Source: an uncultured delta proteobacterium
Lineage (GTDB): Bacteria > Desulfobacterota > Syntrophobacteria > Syntrophobacterales > Syntrophobacteraceae
Length of the DNA: 64,000 nt
Direction of reading: 5' to 3'
Assembly (NCBI GenBank): GCA_963808625.1
Contig: CAWEHK010000037.1
Location: 80,157-144,156, forward strand
Position numbers and translations under genes: made by a program. The notes beneath the pieces were generated by a model, which saw nothing but the letters and a program-made list of their open reading frames with translations, did not search any database and was not told where the DNA came from. This document shows positions 1-11,856 of this stretch, piece after piece (positions within the stretch are counted from its first letter, which is position 1; each line of letters starts with the position of its first letter).

Positions 1-243
1 TATTCCTTCCTTTCTATGACCCTTACGGCGAAGAGCGCGAAATCATGTATTCCCAGAGAAAATACAAAGGGGCAAGATAGGGCAAGTATGAATCTAAAGT
101 CAAGATAATTCACGCTGATATCAAGCCCGAGAAGACCTTTATCGAGACTTTCTGATTGCTTTTTTTACTTTCTGTGTTAGTTAGTTTGCTTCTTTCGATT
201 CTTTTTTTTGAAGCCTTTTGATGGGATATGAATTGAGCGAGAG

Positions 244-1188
244 ATGACGGACCCACTCACCCTGGAGCAATCGAAAACGCTGTTTCTGGAATACCTGCGC
301 CACGAGCGCAGCCTGAGTGAGGAGACCTGCCGCGCTTATGCCGGCGATCTCGAGCAGTTCCACCGGTATCTCCAAAAGAAGACGTGCACCGAGCCAATCC
401 GCATCGCGGCGATTACGTCCGACACGATTCGCAGTTTTTTTGCCGCCATTCATAAGGACCTCAAAAATACGAGTCGCGCCCGCAAGCTATCGACCCTGCG
501 ATCGTTTTACAACTATCTGACCGATCGTGGCTGGCATCAGGAAAACCCTGCCCAACGCGTGGCTGCTCCCAAGGTCAGACCAAAGATCCCCGGTTTTCTT
601 GATGTCGACGATGTCTTTCACTTTCTGGACTCACTGCAGCGCAGCGCCGCACATCCGAAAGGTTCCTGGCGAAGACTTCGCAATTGGGCCATTTTTGAAT
701 GCCTCTATTCCATTGGCGCGCGGGTTAGCGAACTGGTTGGCCTGAATGGCTCGGACGTTGATTTTGACCAAGGCCTGGTCCGCATTCGCGGCAAGGGGAA
801 AAAGGAACGGGTGGTCCCGATCGGGGAAAAAGCCCTGGAAGCCCTGAGGGTTTATCTGACAGCCATCGCCGGCCAGTTTCCGCAAGCCGGGGGCGGCCCT
901 GGCCATCTCTTCCGAAATGCCTCCGGCGGCAGGCTCACAACCCGCTCGGTGCACCGGATCCTGAAGGCCGAACTCAGAAGGTGCGGCCTCTGGCAGCACC
1001 TTAGCCCCCATGGCTTGCGCCACACCTTTGCTACGCACCTCCTCAATTCCGGGGCGGATTTGCGCGCCATTCAGGAGATGCTTGGCCATGCGGCCCTCTC
1101 CACAACCCAGCGCTACACCCACGTCCATTTGGACCAACTGATGAAGACTTACGACGCGGCCCATCCGCGCAGCCGGAAGACAAAATAG
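244..1188 (+). CDS. xerC: Tyrosine recombinase XerC
   Basis: Rx[35 protein letters not shown] catalytic motifs; xerC-hslVU synteny. Confidence 0.93.
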   Translation: MTDPLTLEQSKTLFLEYLRHERSLSEETCRAYAGDLEQFHRYLQKKTCTEPIRIAAITSDTIRSFFAAIHKDLKNTSRARKLSTLRSFYNYLTDRGWHQENPAQRVAAPKVRPKIPGFLDVDDVFHFLDSLQRSAAHPKGSWRRLRNWAIFECLYSIGARVSELVGLNGSDVDFDQGLVRIRGKGKKERVVPIGEKALEALRVYLTAIAGQFPQAGGGPGHLFRNASGGRLTTRSVHRILKAELRRCGLWQHLSPHGLRHTFATHLLNSGADLRAIQEMLGHAALSTTQRYTHVHLDQLMKTYDAAHPRSRKTK

Positions 1189-1220
1189 CGCTTATCCGGA
1201 TTCGGGAGACGACGATATCC

Positions 1221-1760
1221 ATGAAAGGGAAGAGCATTCACGGCACAACGGTTTTTGCCATCCGCAAAGACGGGCATGTGGTCATGGCCGGAGACGGACA
1301 GGTTACCCTGGGCGACACCGTCATCAAGCATCAGGCAAAGAAGGTCCGCAAAATGTATCATGACAAGATCCTGACCGGATTTGCCGGCTCCACCGCCGAT
1401 GCCTTCACCCTTTTTGAGAGGCTCGAAGCCAAACTGGAACAATTCAACGGGAACCTGAAACGGGCGGCCGTGGAACTCGCCAAAGACTGGCGGATGGACC
1501 GGGCGCTCCGCCGCCTGGAGGCCATGCTGATTGCGGCCGATCACAACGACTGCTTTATCCTGAGCGGCACGGGAGACGTCATTGAACCCGACGACGGCAT
1601 CGCCGCAGTGGGCTCGGGCGCCCCCTATGCCCTGGCGGCGGCCCGCGCCCTCCTGGCCCACACCGAGCTTCCGCTCCGGACCATCGCCGAGGAAGCCATG
1701 AACATTGCCGCGTCGATCTGTATCTATACCAACCGGGAATTCACTTTCGAGGAGCTTTGA
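1221..1760 (+). CDS. hslV: ATP-dependent protease peptidase subunit HslV
   Basis: HGTT N-terminal nucleophile, [18 protein letters not shown]. Confidence 0.97.
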   Translation: MKGKSIHGTTVFAIRKDGHVVMAGDGQVTLGDTVIKHQAKKVRKMYHDKILTGFAGSTADAFTLFERLEAKLEQFNGNLKRAAVELAKDWRMDRALRRLEAMLIAADHNDCFILSGTGDVIEPDDGIAAVGSGAPYALAAARALLAHTELPLRTIAEEAMNIAASICIYTNREFTFEEL

Positions 1761-1764
1761 TCTC

Positions 1765-3144
1765 ATGCAACAACCGCTGACTCCGGCAGAGATCGTTCGG
1801 GAATTGGACAAATTTATCATCGGCCAACGCGAAGCCAAACGGATGGTCGCCATCGCCCTCAGAAACCGCTGGCGCCGCCAGCAGGTCCCGGAACATCTGC
1901 GCGACGAAATCGCCCCAAAAAATATCATCATGATCGGACCCACCGGTGTCGGGAAAACCGAAATTGCACGCCGGCTGGCGCGCCTGGCCCAGTCTCCGTT
2001 TCTCAAGATCGAAGCCAGTAAATTCACCGAAGTCGGGTATGTGGGCCGGGACGTGGAGTCCATGGTCCGAGACCTCATGGAACTGGCCGTCAGCATGGTT
2101 CGCTCGGAAGAACTGGAGACGGTCAAGCTGAAAGCTGAAGAACTGGCCGAGGAGAAGCTCCTCGACATTCTCCTGCCGCCCAAAAGGCAGCAGGATTCGC
2201 CGAAAGAGCAGCTTCTCGAAGCCCCGGGAGCAGCGCAAGCAGACCGGGAAGAAGCAGAACGTGCCGACTCGACCCGCGAAAAACTCCGTAAGCTCCTGAA
2301 AGAGGGGTCTCTCGATGACCGCTATGTGGAATTGGATGTTCCCGACCGGAACTTCCCCATGATCGAGATTTTCGCGGGAACCGGCATGGAGGAGATGGAT
2401 TTCAACCTCCGCGACATGCTGGGTTCCATGCTTCCGCAGCGCTCCAAACGGCGTAAGGTCAAAATCCCCGAAGCCAGAGAGATCCTCGTTCAGCAGGAGT
2501 CGCAGCGTCTGATCGATATGGATAAGGTGATCAAACTCGCCATCGAGCGGGTGGAGCATTCCGGGATCATCTTCCTGGATGAAATTGACAAGATCGCCGG
2601 GCGCGAATCGGGAAGAGGGCCGGATGTTTCGCGGGAAGGAGTGCAGCGGGACCTCCTCCCCATTGTGGAAGGCTCCACGGTGACGACCAAGTACGGCATG
2701 GTGAAAACGGATCATATCCTCTTCATTGCCTCCGGGGCTTTTCACATCTCGAAGCCCTCAGACCTCATTCCGGAACTGCAGGGTCGGTTTCCGATACGGG
2801 TTGAACTGACTTCGCTGAGCAAAGACGACTTCATCCGCATCCTTAAAGAACCTGAAAATGCCTTGATCGTGCAGTATGAAGCTCTCCTGACCACCGAAGA
2901 GGTGACCCTGGTTTTCGGGGATGAGGCCATTGAAGAGATCGCCGAGCTCGCCTACGAGGTCAACTCGAGAATGGAAAACATTGGCGCGAGAAGGCTCCAC
3001 ACGATCATGGAAAAGCTGCTCTCCGACATTTCGTTCAACGCCCCGGACCTCAGAGGGCAGACCATTCACATCACCCGGGATTATGTCCGCGAAACCCTCC
3101 AAAACATCATCAAGGATGAGGATTTGAGCCGGTATATTCTTTAG
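1765..3144 (+). CDS. hslU: ATP-dependent protease ATPase subunit HslU
   Basis: GPTGVGKT Walker [26 protein letters not shown]-terminal DLSRYIL. Confidence 0.97.
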   Translation: MQQPLTPAEIVRELDKFIIGQREAKRMVAIALRNRWRRQQVPEHLRDEIAPKNIIMIGPTGVGKTEIARRLARLAQSPFLKIEASKFTEVGYVGRDVESMVRDLMELAVSMVRSEELETVKLKAEELAEEKLLDILLPPKRQQDSPKEQLLEAPGAAQADREEAERADSTREKLRKLLKEGSLDDRYVELDVPDRNFPMIEIFAGTGMEEMDFNLRDMLGSMLPQRSKRRKVKIPEAREILVQQESQRLIDMDKVIKLAIERVEHSGIIFLDEIDKIAGRESGRGPDVSREGVQRDLLPIVEGSTVTTKYGMVKTDHILFIASGAFHISKPSDLIPELQGRFPIRVELTSLSKDDFIRILKEPENALIVQYEALLTTEEVTLVFGDEAIEEIAELAYEVNSRMENIGARRLHTIMEKLLSDISFNAPDLRGQTIHITRDYVRETLQNIIKDEDLSRYIL

Positions 3145-3155
3145 GCGAAGAAGAA

Positions 3156-3340
3156 GTGATGAGTGATGAGTATGAGGTGATGAGTAAATGAGTAATGAGT
3201 GATGAGTGATGAGTGACCGGTGCTGGGTGATGAGTAATGAGTGATGAGTGATGAGTGATGAGTGACCGGTGCTGGGGATGATAAATGGAGGAAGGGGAGG
3301 GTAGTGATGAGTAATGAGTGATGAGTGGCGAGTGAGTGAC
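3156..3340. repeat. Heptamer tandem array (GTGATGA/GTAATGA units)
   Basis: Many near-perfect 7-mer copies directly after the hslU stop; internal duplication of GTGACCGGTGCTGGG. Confidence 0.95.
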
Positions 3341-3385
3341 TTCTCAATAATTGCAGGATCACAATGAACTATGAAAACCCTGGGG

Positions 3386-3465
3386 CGTCATTCCCGCTTG
3401 CTTTTGGCGGGAATCCAGAGTCTTTCTGATCGCTGGACCCCCGCCAAAAGCACGCGGGGGTGACG
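3386..3465. repeat. REP-like paired palindrome (GTCATTCCCGC...GCGGGAATCCAG family)
   Basis: Two inverted hairpin units; relatives at 24279, 35525, 44846 and 55895. Confidence 0.85.
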
Positions 3466-3581
3466 GACTGCCTGATGCTTATTGACCAAGTTACGCGAGT
3501 GAGGGGTCCTGAGTGATGAGTGGTGGGGGAATGCGCTGAAATGGTGGTAGGCAACATCGCAATAACCTGAGGAGCAGGCGG

Positions 3582-4457
3582 GTGGAAAAGGCGAGAATAC
3601 TTGTTGAAGCGCTTCCATACATTCGAAGATTCTATCAGACGACCGTCGTCATCAAATACGGCGGGCATGCCATGGTGGCTGATGACCTTAAGGACAGCTT
3701 CGCCCAGGACATTGTCCTGATGAAGTACATCGGGATCAATCCGGTCGTCGTCCATGGGGGTGGCCCTCAAATCAGCGAAATGCTCACGCGCCTGGGAATC
3801 AAGAGCCGTTTCCACGACGGCATGCGGGTAACCGATCCGGACACCATGGACGTCGTGGAGATGGTCCTGGCGGGAAAGATCAACAAGGAAATTGTCTCGC
3901 TGATCAACCGGCACGGCGGTCAGGCCATTGGGCTGAGCGGGAAGGACGGACAACTCATTGAAGCGCGCAAGCTCAATGTCTACCGCAATCAGGGGGAGGA
4001 TCGACCGCCCGAGATCATCGACATCGGGTTAGTCGGAGAAGTGCAGCGAATCAATGTCGAAGTCCTCATGACCCTGGAGCGGAGCAACATGATCCCGGTG
4101 ATTGCCCCCGTTGGGGTCGGGCGGGACGGGGAAACTTACAACATCAATGCCGACCTGGTCGCGGGCAGCATTGCCGGCGCCCTTCATGCGAAGAAACTCA
4201 TCCTCATGACCGATGTTCCGGGAGTGCTGGATAAGGAGGGCGTGCTCATTCCCAGCATGACCATTGCCGAAGCAGCGGAAGCCATGCAGCAGGAAACTCT
4301 TCGCGGGGGAATGATCCCGAAGGTCCAGTGTGCCGTCGACGCCCTGCAGGAGGGCGCAGAAAAAGTACACATTGTGGATGGCCGGATTCCCCATGCCATT
4401 CTTCTCGAAATCTTCACCGATGCCGGAGTTGGTACGGAAATCCTGAAAGAGCGTTAA
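3582..4457 (+). CDS. argB: Acetylglutamate kinase
   Basis: [25 protein letters not shown]. Confidence 0.97.
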   Translation: MEKARILVEALPYIRRFYQTTVVIKYGGHAMVADDLKDSFAQDIVLMKYIGINPVVVHGGGPQISEMLTRLGIKSRFHDGMRVTDPDTMDVVEMVLAGKINKEIVSLINRHGGQAIGLSGKDGQLIEARKLNVYRNQGEDRPPEIIDIGLVGEVQRINVEVLMTLERSNMIPVIAPVGVGRDGETYNINADLVAGSIAGALHAKKLILMTDVPGVLDKEGVLIPSMTIAEAAEAMQQETLRGGMIPKVQCAVDALQEGAEKVHIVDGRIPHAILLEIFTDAGVGTEILKER

Positions 4458-4475
4458 GCGCAAAGGAAGCAGTTC

Positions 4476-5666
4476 ATGGAAGACGTGCAGTTATCCTGTC
4501 AGCAAAACATTTTTGGCACTTACGCCAGATTGCCGGTAGTGTTTGTCCGTGGTCAAGGCGTCAAGTTGTGGGACCAGGCGGGCAAAGAATACCTGGATTT
4601 CCTCGCCGGTATTGCGGTGTGCAACCTCGGTCATTGCCATCCGGAATTGACGCGGGTCATCTGCCGGCAGGCGGATACCCTGGTGCATGTGTCCAATCTC
4701 TTTTACACGCGCCCGCAGGTGGAACTGGCCGCCGAATTGACACGGCTCTCCTTTGCGGATAAGGTATTTTTTTCCAACAGCGGAGCGGAAGCCAACGAAG
4801 CTGCCATCAAGCTGGCTCGAAAGTACAGCAAGGACCGCAACGGTGCCGGGCGCTTCCACATCATCACCATGAAGGAATCGTTCCATGGCCGCACGCTCGC
4901 AACCCTTTCGGCCACCGGCCAGGAAAAGGTCCATAAGGGTTTCGAGCCGCTGGTCGGGGGGTTCACCTTTGTGGATTTCAATTCCATCGAGGCTGTGGAA
5001 AAAGCAATCACCGACAGGACCTGTGCAGTCATCGTGGAGCCCATCCAGGGTGAAGGAGGCATCAATTTTCCCTCTCCCGGCTATTTGCAGGGGCTTAAAG
5101 AACTTTGTCGCAGGTACGACCTGCTGCTCATTTTCGATGAAGTGCAGGTGGGAATGGGCCGTACCGGGACGCTTTTTGCCTACGAACAGGAGGGGGTTGC
5201 TCCCGATATCATGACCCTGGCCAAAGCTCTTGGCAACGGCCTCCCGATCGGCGCCATGCTGGCTACGGATCAGGTTGCGGAAGCGTTCGTCCCGGGCAGC
5301 CATGCCACGACATTCGGCGGCACGCCGCTGGTGACTTCAGTGGCCTTGCGGGTGCTCGAGCTGATTTCCGCGCCATCCTTTCTCGCAAGGATCAGGGAAG
5401 TCGGGAGCTATTTCGTGGAGCGCCTCGAGGAGCTGCGCTCGCGGCACCGCCTGATCAAGGAAGTGCGCGGCCGGGGGTTGATGATCGGCGTCGAGCTCGA
5501 GGTCCCGGGAGCGAAGTTTGTGGAAAAGTGTCTCGCGCAAGGCCTGATTATCAATTGCACCCATGACACGGTGCTCCGCTTTGTGCCGCCCTTGATTGTC
5601 GAGAAACAAGAGATTGATCAGATGATCCGGATTCTGGATGAGGTTTTGAACGAGGAGACTAAATGA
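4476..5666 (+). CDS. argD: Acetylornithine aminotransferase
   Basis: NSGAEANEAAIK, SFHGRT, EPIQGEGG, DEVQVGMGRTG; arg operon context. Confidence 0.95.
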   Translation: MEDVQLSCQQNIFGTYARLPVVFVRGQGVKLWDQAGKEYLDFLAGIAVCNLGHCHPELTRVICRQADTLVHVSNLFYTRPQVELAAELTRLSFADKVFFSNSGAEANEAAIKLARKYSKDRNGAGRFHIITMKESFHGRTLATLSATGQEKVHKGFEPLVGGFTFVDFNSIEAVEKAITDRTCAVIVEPIQGEGGINFPSPGYLQGLKELCRRYDLLLIFDEVQVGMGRTGTLFAYEQEGVAPDIMTLAKALGNGLPIGAMLATDQVAEAFVPGSHATTFGGTPLVTSVALRVLELISAPSFLARIREVGSYFVERLEELRSRHRLIKEVRGRGLMIGVELEVPGAKFVEKCLAQGLIINCTHDTVLRFVPPLIVEKQEIDQMIRILDEVLNEETK

Positions 5667-6571
5667 AGCGCGATCTGCTTACGATCCGGGACCTTTCTGC
5701 CGAAGAGGTCCACCAGCTTATCAGACGGGCTCAAGAAATGAAGCACGAGCGGCGTTCCGGGGACCTTCGCCCGGCGCTTTCAGGAAAGATTCTCGGACTC
5801 ATTTTTGTAAAACCTTCGACAAGGACCAGGGTCTCCTTTGAAACCGCCATGTACCGACTCGGAGGACAATGTGTTTTTATGACCGCGCAAGACCTTCAGA
5901 TCTCGCGTCAAGAACCCATGGCCGATACCGCCCGGGTCCTGTCGCGGTATCTTGACGGTCTCGTGATACGGACCTTTGCTCACCGGGATGTGGAAGAACT
6001 GGCGCGCTACGCGACGATTCCGATCATCAACGGCCTTACCGACCGCTTCCACCCCTGCCAGGTCCTGAGCGATCTGCTGACGATTCAGGAAAAACGAGGT
6101 AGCCTCCAGGACCTCTGTGTGGCCTGGATCGGCGACGGCAATAACATGGCCCATTCCTGGATCAACGCTGCGGCGCGACTGGGCTTTACGCTTTATCTGG
6201 CCTGCCCCCGCGAATATCCGCCGGAGCAAGACATTCTGGAATGGGCCGAGCGCGAAGGGCGAGGAAAGATCCACCTGGTCCATGATCCGAAAGCGGCCGT
6301 CGGGTCAGCGGATGTGCTCTACACCGATGTCTGGGCAAGCATGGGGCAGGAAGCGGAAGCGGAAGAACGAAAGAAGATTTTCCATTCTTTTCAGATCAAT
6401 GAAGAACTCCTGGCCGCGGCGCCGAGCCACGCCATCGTCCTTCACTGCCTTCCCGCCCATCGCGGCGAAGAAATCACCGACCGTGTGATGGAAGGCCCGC
6501 AATCAGTGGTGTTCGACCAGGCCGAGAATCGCATGTTCCTGCAAATGGCCCTGCTCGAGTGGATGCTCTGA
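5663..6571 (+). CDS. argF: Ornithine carbamoyltransferase
   Basis: STRT, HPCQ, DVWASMG, HCLP motifs. Confidence 0.97.
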   Translation: MKRDLLTIRDLSAEEVHQLIRRAQEMKHERRSGDLRPALSGKILGLIFVKPSTRTRVSFETAMYRLGGQCVFMTAQDLQISRQEPMADTARVLSRYLDGLVIRTFAHRDVEELARYATIPIINGLTDRFHPCQVLSDLLTIQEKRGSLQDLCVAWIGDGNNMAHSWINAAARLGFTLYLACPREYPPEQDILEWAEREGRGKIHLVHDPKAAVGSADVLYTDVWASMGQEAEAEERKKIFHSFQINEELLAAAPSHAIVLHCLPAHRGEEITDRVMEGPQSVVFDQAENRMFLQMALLEWML

Positions 6572-6575
6572 GAAC

Positions 6576-6655
6576 AGGAGACAGAAGTTAGGAGTCAGGA
6601 GACAGAAGTCAGGAGACAGAAGTCAGGAGACAGAAGTCAGGAGTCAGAAGACAGA
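6576..6655. repeat. Heptamer-based tandem array (GGAGACA/GAAGTCA, 14-nt period)
   Basis: Repeated GGAGACAGAAGTCA right after the argF stop. Confidence 0.9.
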
Positions 6656-6745
6656 ATATAAAAATGATTTCTTCGTGTGACTTCGCAGTCCTTCGTGTGA
6701 CTTCGTGGATGAAAGAAAAGAGATGCCGGAAACGGAAAGGAATTT

Positions 6746-7951
6746 ATGCGCGTCAAGAAAGTGGTGTTGGCCTATTCGGGGGGCTTGGATACTTCGATCA
6801 TTTTGAAGTGGCTGATGGAAACCTATCAGTGTGAAGTCGTCGCCTTTGTTGCCGATCTGGGCCAGGGGGAAGAATTGCAGGAGGCTCGGGCAAAAGCGCT
6901 CGCCACCGGTGCCGTGAAGGCCCGGGTAGAAGATTTGCGCGAAGAGTTCGTACGAGATTTCGTCTTTCCCGCGTTCCGTGCCAATGCCATTTATGAAGGG
7001 CAATACCTCCTGGGGACCTCCATCGCGCGGCCCATCATTGCCAAGCATCAGGTCAGGGTTGCCGAGGAAGAGGGGGCCGATGCGGTCAGTCACGGCGCTA
7101 CCGGAAAGGGTAACGACCAGGTGCGTTTCGAGCTGACCTACACCGCTCTGAACCCAAGCCTGAAGGTCATCGCCCCGTGGCGTGAATGGAATTTGAAATC
7201 GCGGACTTCGCTTATCGAGTATGCCAAAAAGCATGGCATTCCCGTGCCGGTCACTCAGGCGAAACCTTACAGCAGTGACCGCAATCTCCTGCACATAAGC
7301 TTCGAGGGTGGCATCCTGGAAGACCCGTGGGCGGAGCCCAAGGATGATATGTTTGTGCTAACGGCCAATCCTGAAGGCGCCCCGAACGTGCCCGAAATTA
7401 TCGAAATCGACTTCGAGCGCGGCGATCCGGTGGCCGTCAACGGTCAGCGCCTCAGCCCGGCTAACCTCCTGAGCACCCTGAACGAGATCGGGGGAAAGCA
7501 TGGCATTGGGAGGGTCGATCTCGTGGAAAACCGCTTTGTCGGCATGAAGTCGCGCGGCATCTACGAAACCCCCGGCGGCACGATCATGCGCGTGGGGCAT
7601 CAGGCTGTGGAATCGATCACGATGGATCGCGAGGTGTTGCATCTGCGGGATTCGCTGATTCCACAATATTCGCGGCTGATCTACAACGGCTTCTGGTATT
7701 CTCCCGAGATGCGGCTGCTCCAGGGGATGATGGACCTGGCCCAGGAAAACGTTTGGGGCACCGCGCGGCTCAAGCTCTATAAAGGGACCTGCCAGGTCCT
7801 GGGACGCAAATCCGACCGCTCGCTCTATCAGCCCAGCTTCGCCACCTTTGAAGAAGATGACGTTTATCAGCAGGACGACGCCACCGGTTTTATCCGGCTT
7901 CAGGGGCTGCGGCTTCGCCTTCAGTCGCTCGTGAACAAACAGAAAAGCTAG
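6746..7951 (+). CDS. argG: Argininosuccinate synthase
   Basis: [30 protein letters not shown]. Confidence 0.98.
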   Translation: MRVKKVVLAYSGGLDTSIILKWLMETYQCEVVAFVADLGQGEELQEARAKALATGAVKARVEDLREEFVRDFVFPAFRANAIYEGQYLLGTSIARPIIAKHQVRVAEEEGADAVSHGATGKGNDQVRFELTYTALNPSLKVIAPWREWNLKSRTSLIEYAKKHGIPVPVTQAKPYSSDRNLLHISFEGGILEDPWAEPKDDMFVLTANPEGAPNVPEIIEIDFERGDPVAVNGQRLSPANLLSTLNEIGGKHGIGRVDLVENRFVGMKSRGIYETPGGTIMRVGHQAVESITMDREVLHLRDSLIPQYSRLIYNGFWYSPEMRLLQGMMDLAQENVWGTARLKLYKGTCQVLGRKSDRSLYQPSFATFEEDDVYQQDDATGFIRLQGLRLRLQSLVNKQKS

Positions 7952-7983
7952 CTTTCGAATGATTGTTACAGAAGAGGGTTCCA

Positions 7984-9390
7984 ATGGGCGAAAAACCCTG
8001 GCAGGGTCGTTTTGAACAGCAAATGAACAAGCAGGTGGAGGAATTCACCGCTTCCATCCATTTTGACAAGAGGCTCTATCGCTACGACATCGAGGGCAGC
8101 ATTGCCCACTGCCGCATGCTTGCGGCCTGCAAGATCATTTCGGATGAGGATGCCTCCCTCATTGTTGCGGGACTGGGAGAAATCCAGCGGGAAATCGAGC
8201 GGGGTGAAATCGACTTCGCTTCCGCCCAGGAAGATATCCACATGGCAGTCGAGCAGCGGTTGATCCAGAAGATTGGCGAGGTCGGCGGCAAGCTCCATAC
8301 CGCAAGGAGTCGCAACGACCAGGTCTGTCTCGATATGCGGCTCTATCTGCGTGACCTGCTGGCCCAGTGCCGCAGCCTCCTTCACGAAGTGCAGAAGGTC
8401 CTGGTCGCCATGGCCGAACAAAACCTTGGCACGATCATGCCGGGTTTCACCCACCTGCAGCATGCCCAACCCCTCTTGCTCTCGCATCATCTCATGGCCT
8501 ACTACGAGATGTTCCGACGGGATGACGAGAGGTTTGAAGGATGCCTGAAGCGCACCAATGTCCTGCCCCTGGGGAGCGCTGCTCTGGCCGGAACGACCCT
8601 GCCCATCAAGATGGAATGGACGGCTCAATATCTCCGCTTTCCGCGGATAACCGAGAACAGCATCGATGCGGTGAGCGACCGGGACTATCTCATCGAATTC
8701 AACGCCGCGGCGGCCATGCTCATGATGCATGTGAGCAGGATGGCGGAAGAATTGATTCTGTGGTCCACGAGTGAGTTCGCCTTCGTCGAGATCAGCGATG
8801 CTTTCTGCACCGGGTCGAGCATCATGCCGCAGAAGAAGAACCCCGACGTTCCTGAGCTGATGCGGGGAAAAGCCGCCCGTGTTTACGGCAATCTCATGGC
8901 CCTGCTGACCCTCACCAAAGCCTTGCCGCTCGCCTACAACCGGGATTTGCAGGAAGACAAGGAGCCGGTGTTTGACACCGCCGATACCGTTGTCGGCACC
9001 CTGCGCCTGCTGGCACGGTTGCTTCCGGAAGTGCGCTTCAACAAAGATCGGATGGCAATGATGGCCGGTGAGGGGTTTACTCTGGCAACGGACCTGGCCG
9101 ACTATCTGGTCCGCAAGGGTGTCCCTTTCCGCAAAGCGCACTACGTCGTCGGGCAGCTGGTACAGCACTGCCTTCGCACCGGTACGACGCTGCAGCAATG
9201 CAGCCTTGACGAACTGAGATCGTTCCACAAGGCGTTCGACCAGGATGTTTTTCCTTTTCTCGAAATGGACAGTGTGATCGATCAGAGAAAGTCGCTGGGG
9301 GGGACAGCCTCCTCCCGGGTCCAGGAAGCGTTGCACCGGGCCCGTCAGGAATTGCAGGCGAAAGAAGCGGCATTGCAGCTGAAACCTTGA
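7984..9390 (+). CDS. argH: Argininosuccinate lyase
   Basis: RSRNDQ, GSSIMPQKKNPD, YNRDLQEDK. Confidence 0.98.
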   Translation: MGEKPWQGRFEQQMNKQVEEFTASIHFDKRLYRYDIEGSIAHCRMLAACKIISDEDASLIVAGLGEIQREIERGEIDFASAQEDIHMAVEQRLIQKIGEVGGKLHTARSRNDQVCLDMRLYLRDLLAQCRSLLHEVQKVLVAMAEQNLGTIMPGFTHLQHAQPLLLSHHLMAYYEMFRRDDERFEGCLKRTNVLPLGSAALAGTTLPIKMEWTAQYLRFPRITENSIDAVSDRDYLIEFNAAAAMLMMHVSRMAEELILWSTSEFAFVEISDAFCTGSSIMPQKKNPDVPELMRGKAARVYGNLMALLTLTKALPLAYNRDLQEDKEPVFDTADTVVGTLRLLARLLPEVRFNKDRMAMMAGEGFTLATDLADYLVRKGVPFRKAHYVVGQLVQHCLRTGTTLQQCSLDELRSFHKAFDQDVFPFLEMDSVIDQRKSLGGTASSRVQEALHRARQELQAKEAALQLKP

Positions 9391-9414
9391 GCTCACGGAC
9401 GGAAAAGCACTGGC

Positions 9415-10506
9415 ATGATTGAACGAATACAGCGCGGTATGGTTTATTCCCCTCTTGCGAGTCTGGTACCGGTCTTCTTCCTGGGAGTGCTTCTGTCGGG
9501 TTGCGGCGTGAAGAGCTATCCGAAACCCATCGCCCTCGATCAGGTCCCGCAGATCCAGGACCTGAAGACCCAGGTCCGGCTCAAAGCCGTTGAACTTACC
9601 TGGTCGCTTCCGGACCAGCTCAATGAGGCCCTGAAAGACACCGGCTACAGCCTTGCCGTTCTCAAAGGCGAGGTCAACTGGGAAAATCGCAACTGTCTGG
9701 AATGTCCGGCAGCATTGCCGCAGGAAGTCGTGATCATTGATCCCATGCGTCCGGCGCCTGCGGTTCGAGAGGGCAACGTGTTCACCTGGGCGGATACGGC
9801 CGTATCGGCACAGCACGCTTACCGCTACCATATTGCCGTGCAGGATCGCAAGAAAGAAACGCTCTCGACGTCTAATCCTACGGTGGCGAAGATGCTCACG
9901 CCCCCACCTGCGGTTAAGAACCTGGCGGCAGCATCGGAGCCGCGGGGGGTGGTTCTGCAATGGAAGTTTACCGCCGCCAAGACGGTTCAGGGGCAGGTTG
10001 CACCGGGAGAAGCTCAGTTCTTATTGGAGCGTCACAGTCCGGATGGCACCTGGGAAAAGCTATCCCCTGCGCCGGTTAAGGGAAATACGTTCCTGGATTC
10101 CGCCGTGGCTGCCAACCAGAGCTATGATTATCGGGTAACGCCGGTGTATGTCTTTGAAGATACCCTGATCCTGGGGGAACCTTCGGTTTTTCTCCAGGCC
10201 AAAGCCCCGAAAGCCATGCCCCCACCGCCGCCCGGCAACGTCTGGGTCATTCCGGTAAAGGGGGCCCTGGAGGTAAACTGGGTGCCGAGCGAAGGGAAGG
10301 TTGAGGGCTATCACGTCTATCGGCGCGAAGGAAAAGAAATCATTCGGCTGACGGCCACGCCGGTGAAAAATCCCCCCTATGTCGATGCTGCGGTCAGAAA
10401 GAACGTTGTGTACTCCTATGCCGTATCCGCCGTGGGCAATCAGGCCGGGAAAAGGGAAGGACTGGTATCCAAGTGGGTTGAGATGAGGAGTTTGATGATC
10501 GATTAG
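9415..10506 (+). CDS. Lipoprotein with fibronectin type III repeats
   Basis: Lipobox LSGC followed by GVK, CLEC motif, three FN3-like units (W...Y.YRV); start may be 9439. Confidence 0.8.
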   Translation: MIERIQRGMVYSPLASLVPVFFLGVLLSGCGVKSYPKPIALDQVPQIQDLKTQVRLKAVELTWSLPDQLNEALKDTGYSLAVLKGEVNWENRNCLECPAALPQEVVIIDPMRPAPAVREGNVFTWADTAVSAQHAYRYHIAVQDRKKETLSTSNPTVAKMLTPPPAVKNLAAASEPRGVVLQWKFTAAKTVQGQVAPGEAQFLLERHSPDGTWEKLSPAPVKGNTFLDSAVAANQSYDYRVTPVYVFEDTLILGEPSVFLQAKAPKAMPPPPPGNVWVIPVKGALEVNWVPSEGKVEGYHVYRREGKEIIRLTATPVKNPPYVDAAVRKNVVYSYAVSAVGNQAGKREGLVSKWVEMRSLMID

Positions 10507-10537
10507 CGGCCGCTCCACATGGTCTCGGAGAGCACTT

Positions 10538-11791
10538 ATGCACCATTTTTCTTACCAGCGGGACGAACTTTACTGCGAGGACATTCCTCTACGCAAGGTT
10601 GCCGAAGCGGTGGGGACCCCCTGCTTTGTCTACAGCTACGCTACCCTGCATCAACACTTCACGGTGTTTGACCAGGCCTTCGCCGAGGTCCCGCACCTTA
10701 CTTGCTTTTCGGTCAAGTCCAATTCCAATATCGCGATCCTCAATCTTCTCGGGTCGCTCGGCGGAGGCGTTGATATCGTGTCGGGCGGAGAACTTTTTCG
10801 CGCCCGCAAGGCAGGCATCCCAGCCGACCGGATCGTTTATTCCGGGGTGGGGAAGACCGTGGACGAGATCGATTATGCCCTCAGCGAGGGCATTCTGATG
10901 TTTAACATCGAGTCCACCCAGGAGCTTGAAGCCATTGCGGCGCGCGCCAAATCACTGGGGCGGACGGCCCGCATTGCCCTTCGCGTTAACCCTGACGTTG
11001 ACCCGAAAACGCACCCGTATATCTCCACCGGGATGAAGAAAAACAAGTTCGGGATTGATCTCGAAAGCGCCATCAGCGCCTACGAGCGGGCGAAAGGTCT
11101 CGAGCACATCGAGATTCTCGGCGTGGACTGTCACATCGGCAGCCAGTTGACGGAGATCGCGCCCTTCGTCGACACCCTCCAGCGTCTCCGCATACTGATC
11201 GAACGCCTGGCAAAGATGGACATTCCTATCCGTTATCTCGATCTTGGCGGTGGACTCGGGATCGTCTACGATCAGGAAGAACCGCCCCATCCGCGCGAAT
11301 ATGCTCAGGCCATCCTCAAGGAGCTCGAGGGATTATCTTGTACCTTGATTTTCGAACCCGGCCGCGTTATCGTCGGCAATGCCGGAGTTCTGCTCACCAG
11401 GGTCCTTTACACCAAAAGGACCGCGATCAAGAATTTCATTATCACCGATGCCGGCATGAATGATCTCATTCGACCGAGTTTTTACGGTTCCTACCACCAG
11501 ATCCAGGCGGTGGAAAGGGCCGTTCAGGGGACCCAGATCGCCGATGTCGTGGGTCCAATCTGTGAATCGGGCGATTTTCTGGCTCGGGACCGGGAGTTGC
11601 CGAGAGTGAAGCCGGGAGACTATCTCGCCGTAATGAGCGCGGGGGCTTATGGTTTTTCAATGGGTTCCAACTACAATTCGCGACCGCGCCCACCCGAGGT
11701 CCTCGTTAAAGGAGACCGGTACTTCACCATACGGCAGCGGGAAAGGTGGGAGGATCTGGTCCGGGGAGAAACGATTCCCGATTTTCGTTAA
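10538..11791 (+). CDS. lysA: Diaminopimelate decarboxylase
   Basis: SVKSN PLP lysine, HIGSQ, EPGR, GPICESGD, SNYNSRP. Confidence 0.98.
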   Translation: MHHFSYQRDELYCEDIPLRKVAEAVGTPCFVYSYATLHQHFTVFDQAFAEVPHLTCFSVKSNSNIAILNLLGSLGGGVDIVSGGELFRARKAGIPADRIVYSGVGKTVDEIDYALSEGILMFNIESTQELEAIAARAKSLGRTARIALRVNPDVDPKTHPYISTGMKKNKFGIDLESAISAYERAKGLEHIEILGVDCHIGSQLTEIAPFVDTLQRLRILIERLAKMDIPIRYLDLGGGLGIVYDQEEPPHPREYAQAILKELEGLSCTLIFEPGRVIVGNAGVLLTRVLYTKRTAIKNFIITDAGMNDLIRPSFYGSYHQIQAVERAVQGTQIADVVGPICESGDFLARDRELPRVKPGDYLAVMSAGAYGFSMGSNYNSRPRPPEVLVKGDRYFTIRQRERWEDLVRGETIPDFR

Positions 11792-11856
11792 CCCGGATTG
11801 TCACCTTTTTGAGACGGCGACGCAAAGGAGACTTGCACTGTGGTAGGGGAAAGCCT

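Noticed and set aside
244..1188. Tyrosine recombinase as an integron or phage integrase
   Set aside because: It has XerC size and motifs, lacks the IntI insertion, and sits in the conserved xerC-hslVU context.
3141..3362. THHSSLI-repeat peptides (also 23638-24345 and 48782-49177)
   Set aside because: They are translations of the antisense strand of the heptamer arrays, with no sign of real coding.
7966..9960. Long antisense ORFs (7966-9960, 51320-53647, 25002-26303, 46074-47348)
   Set aside because: They are shadows of GC-rich sense genes and have no recognisable motifs.
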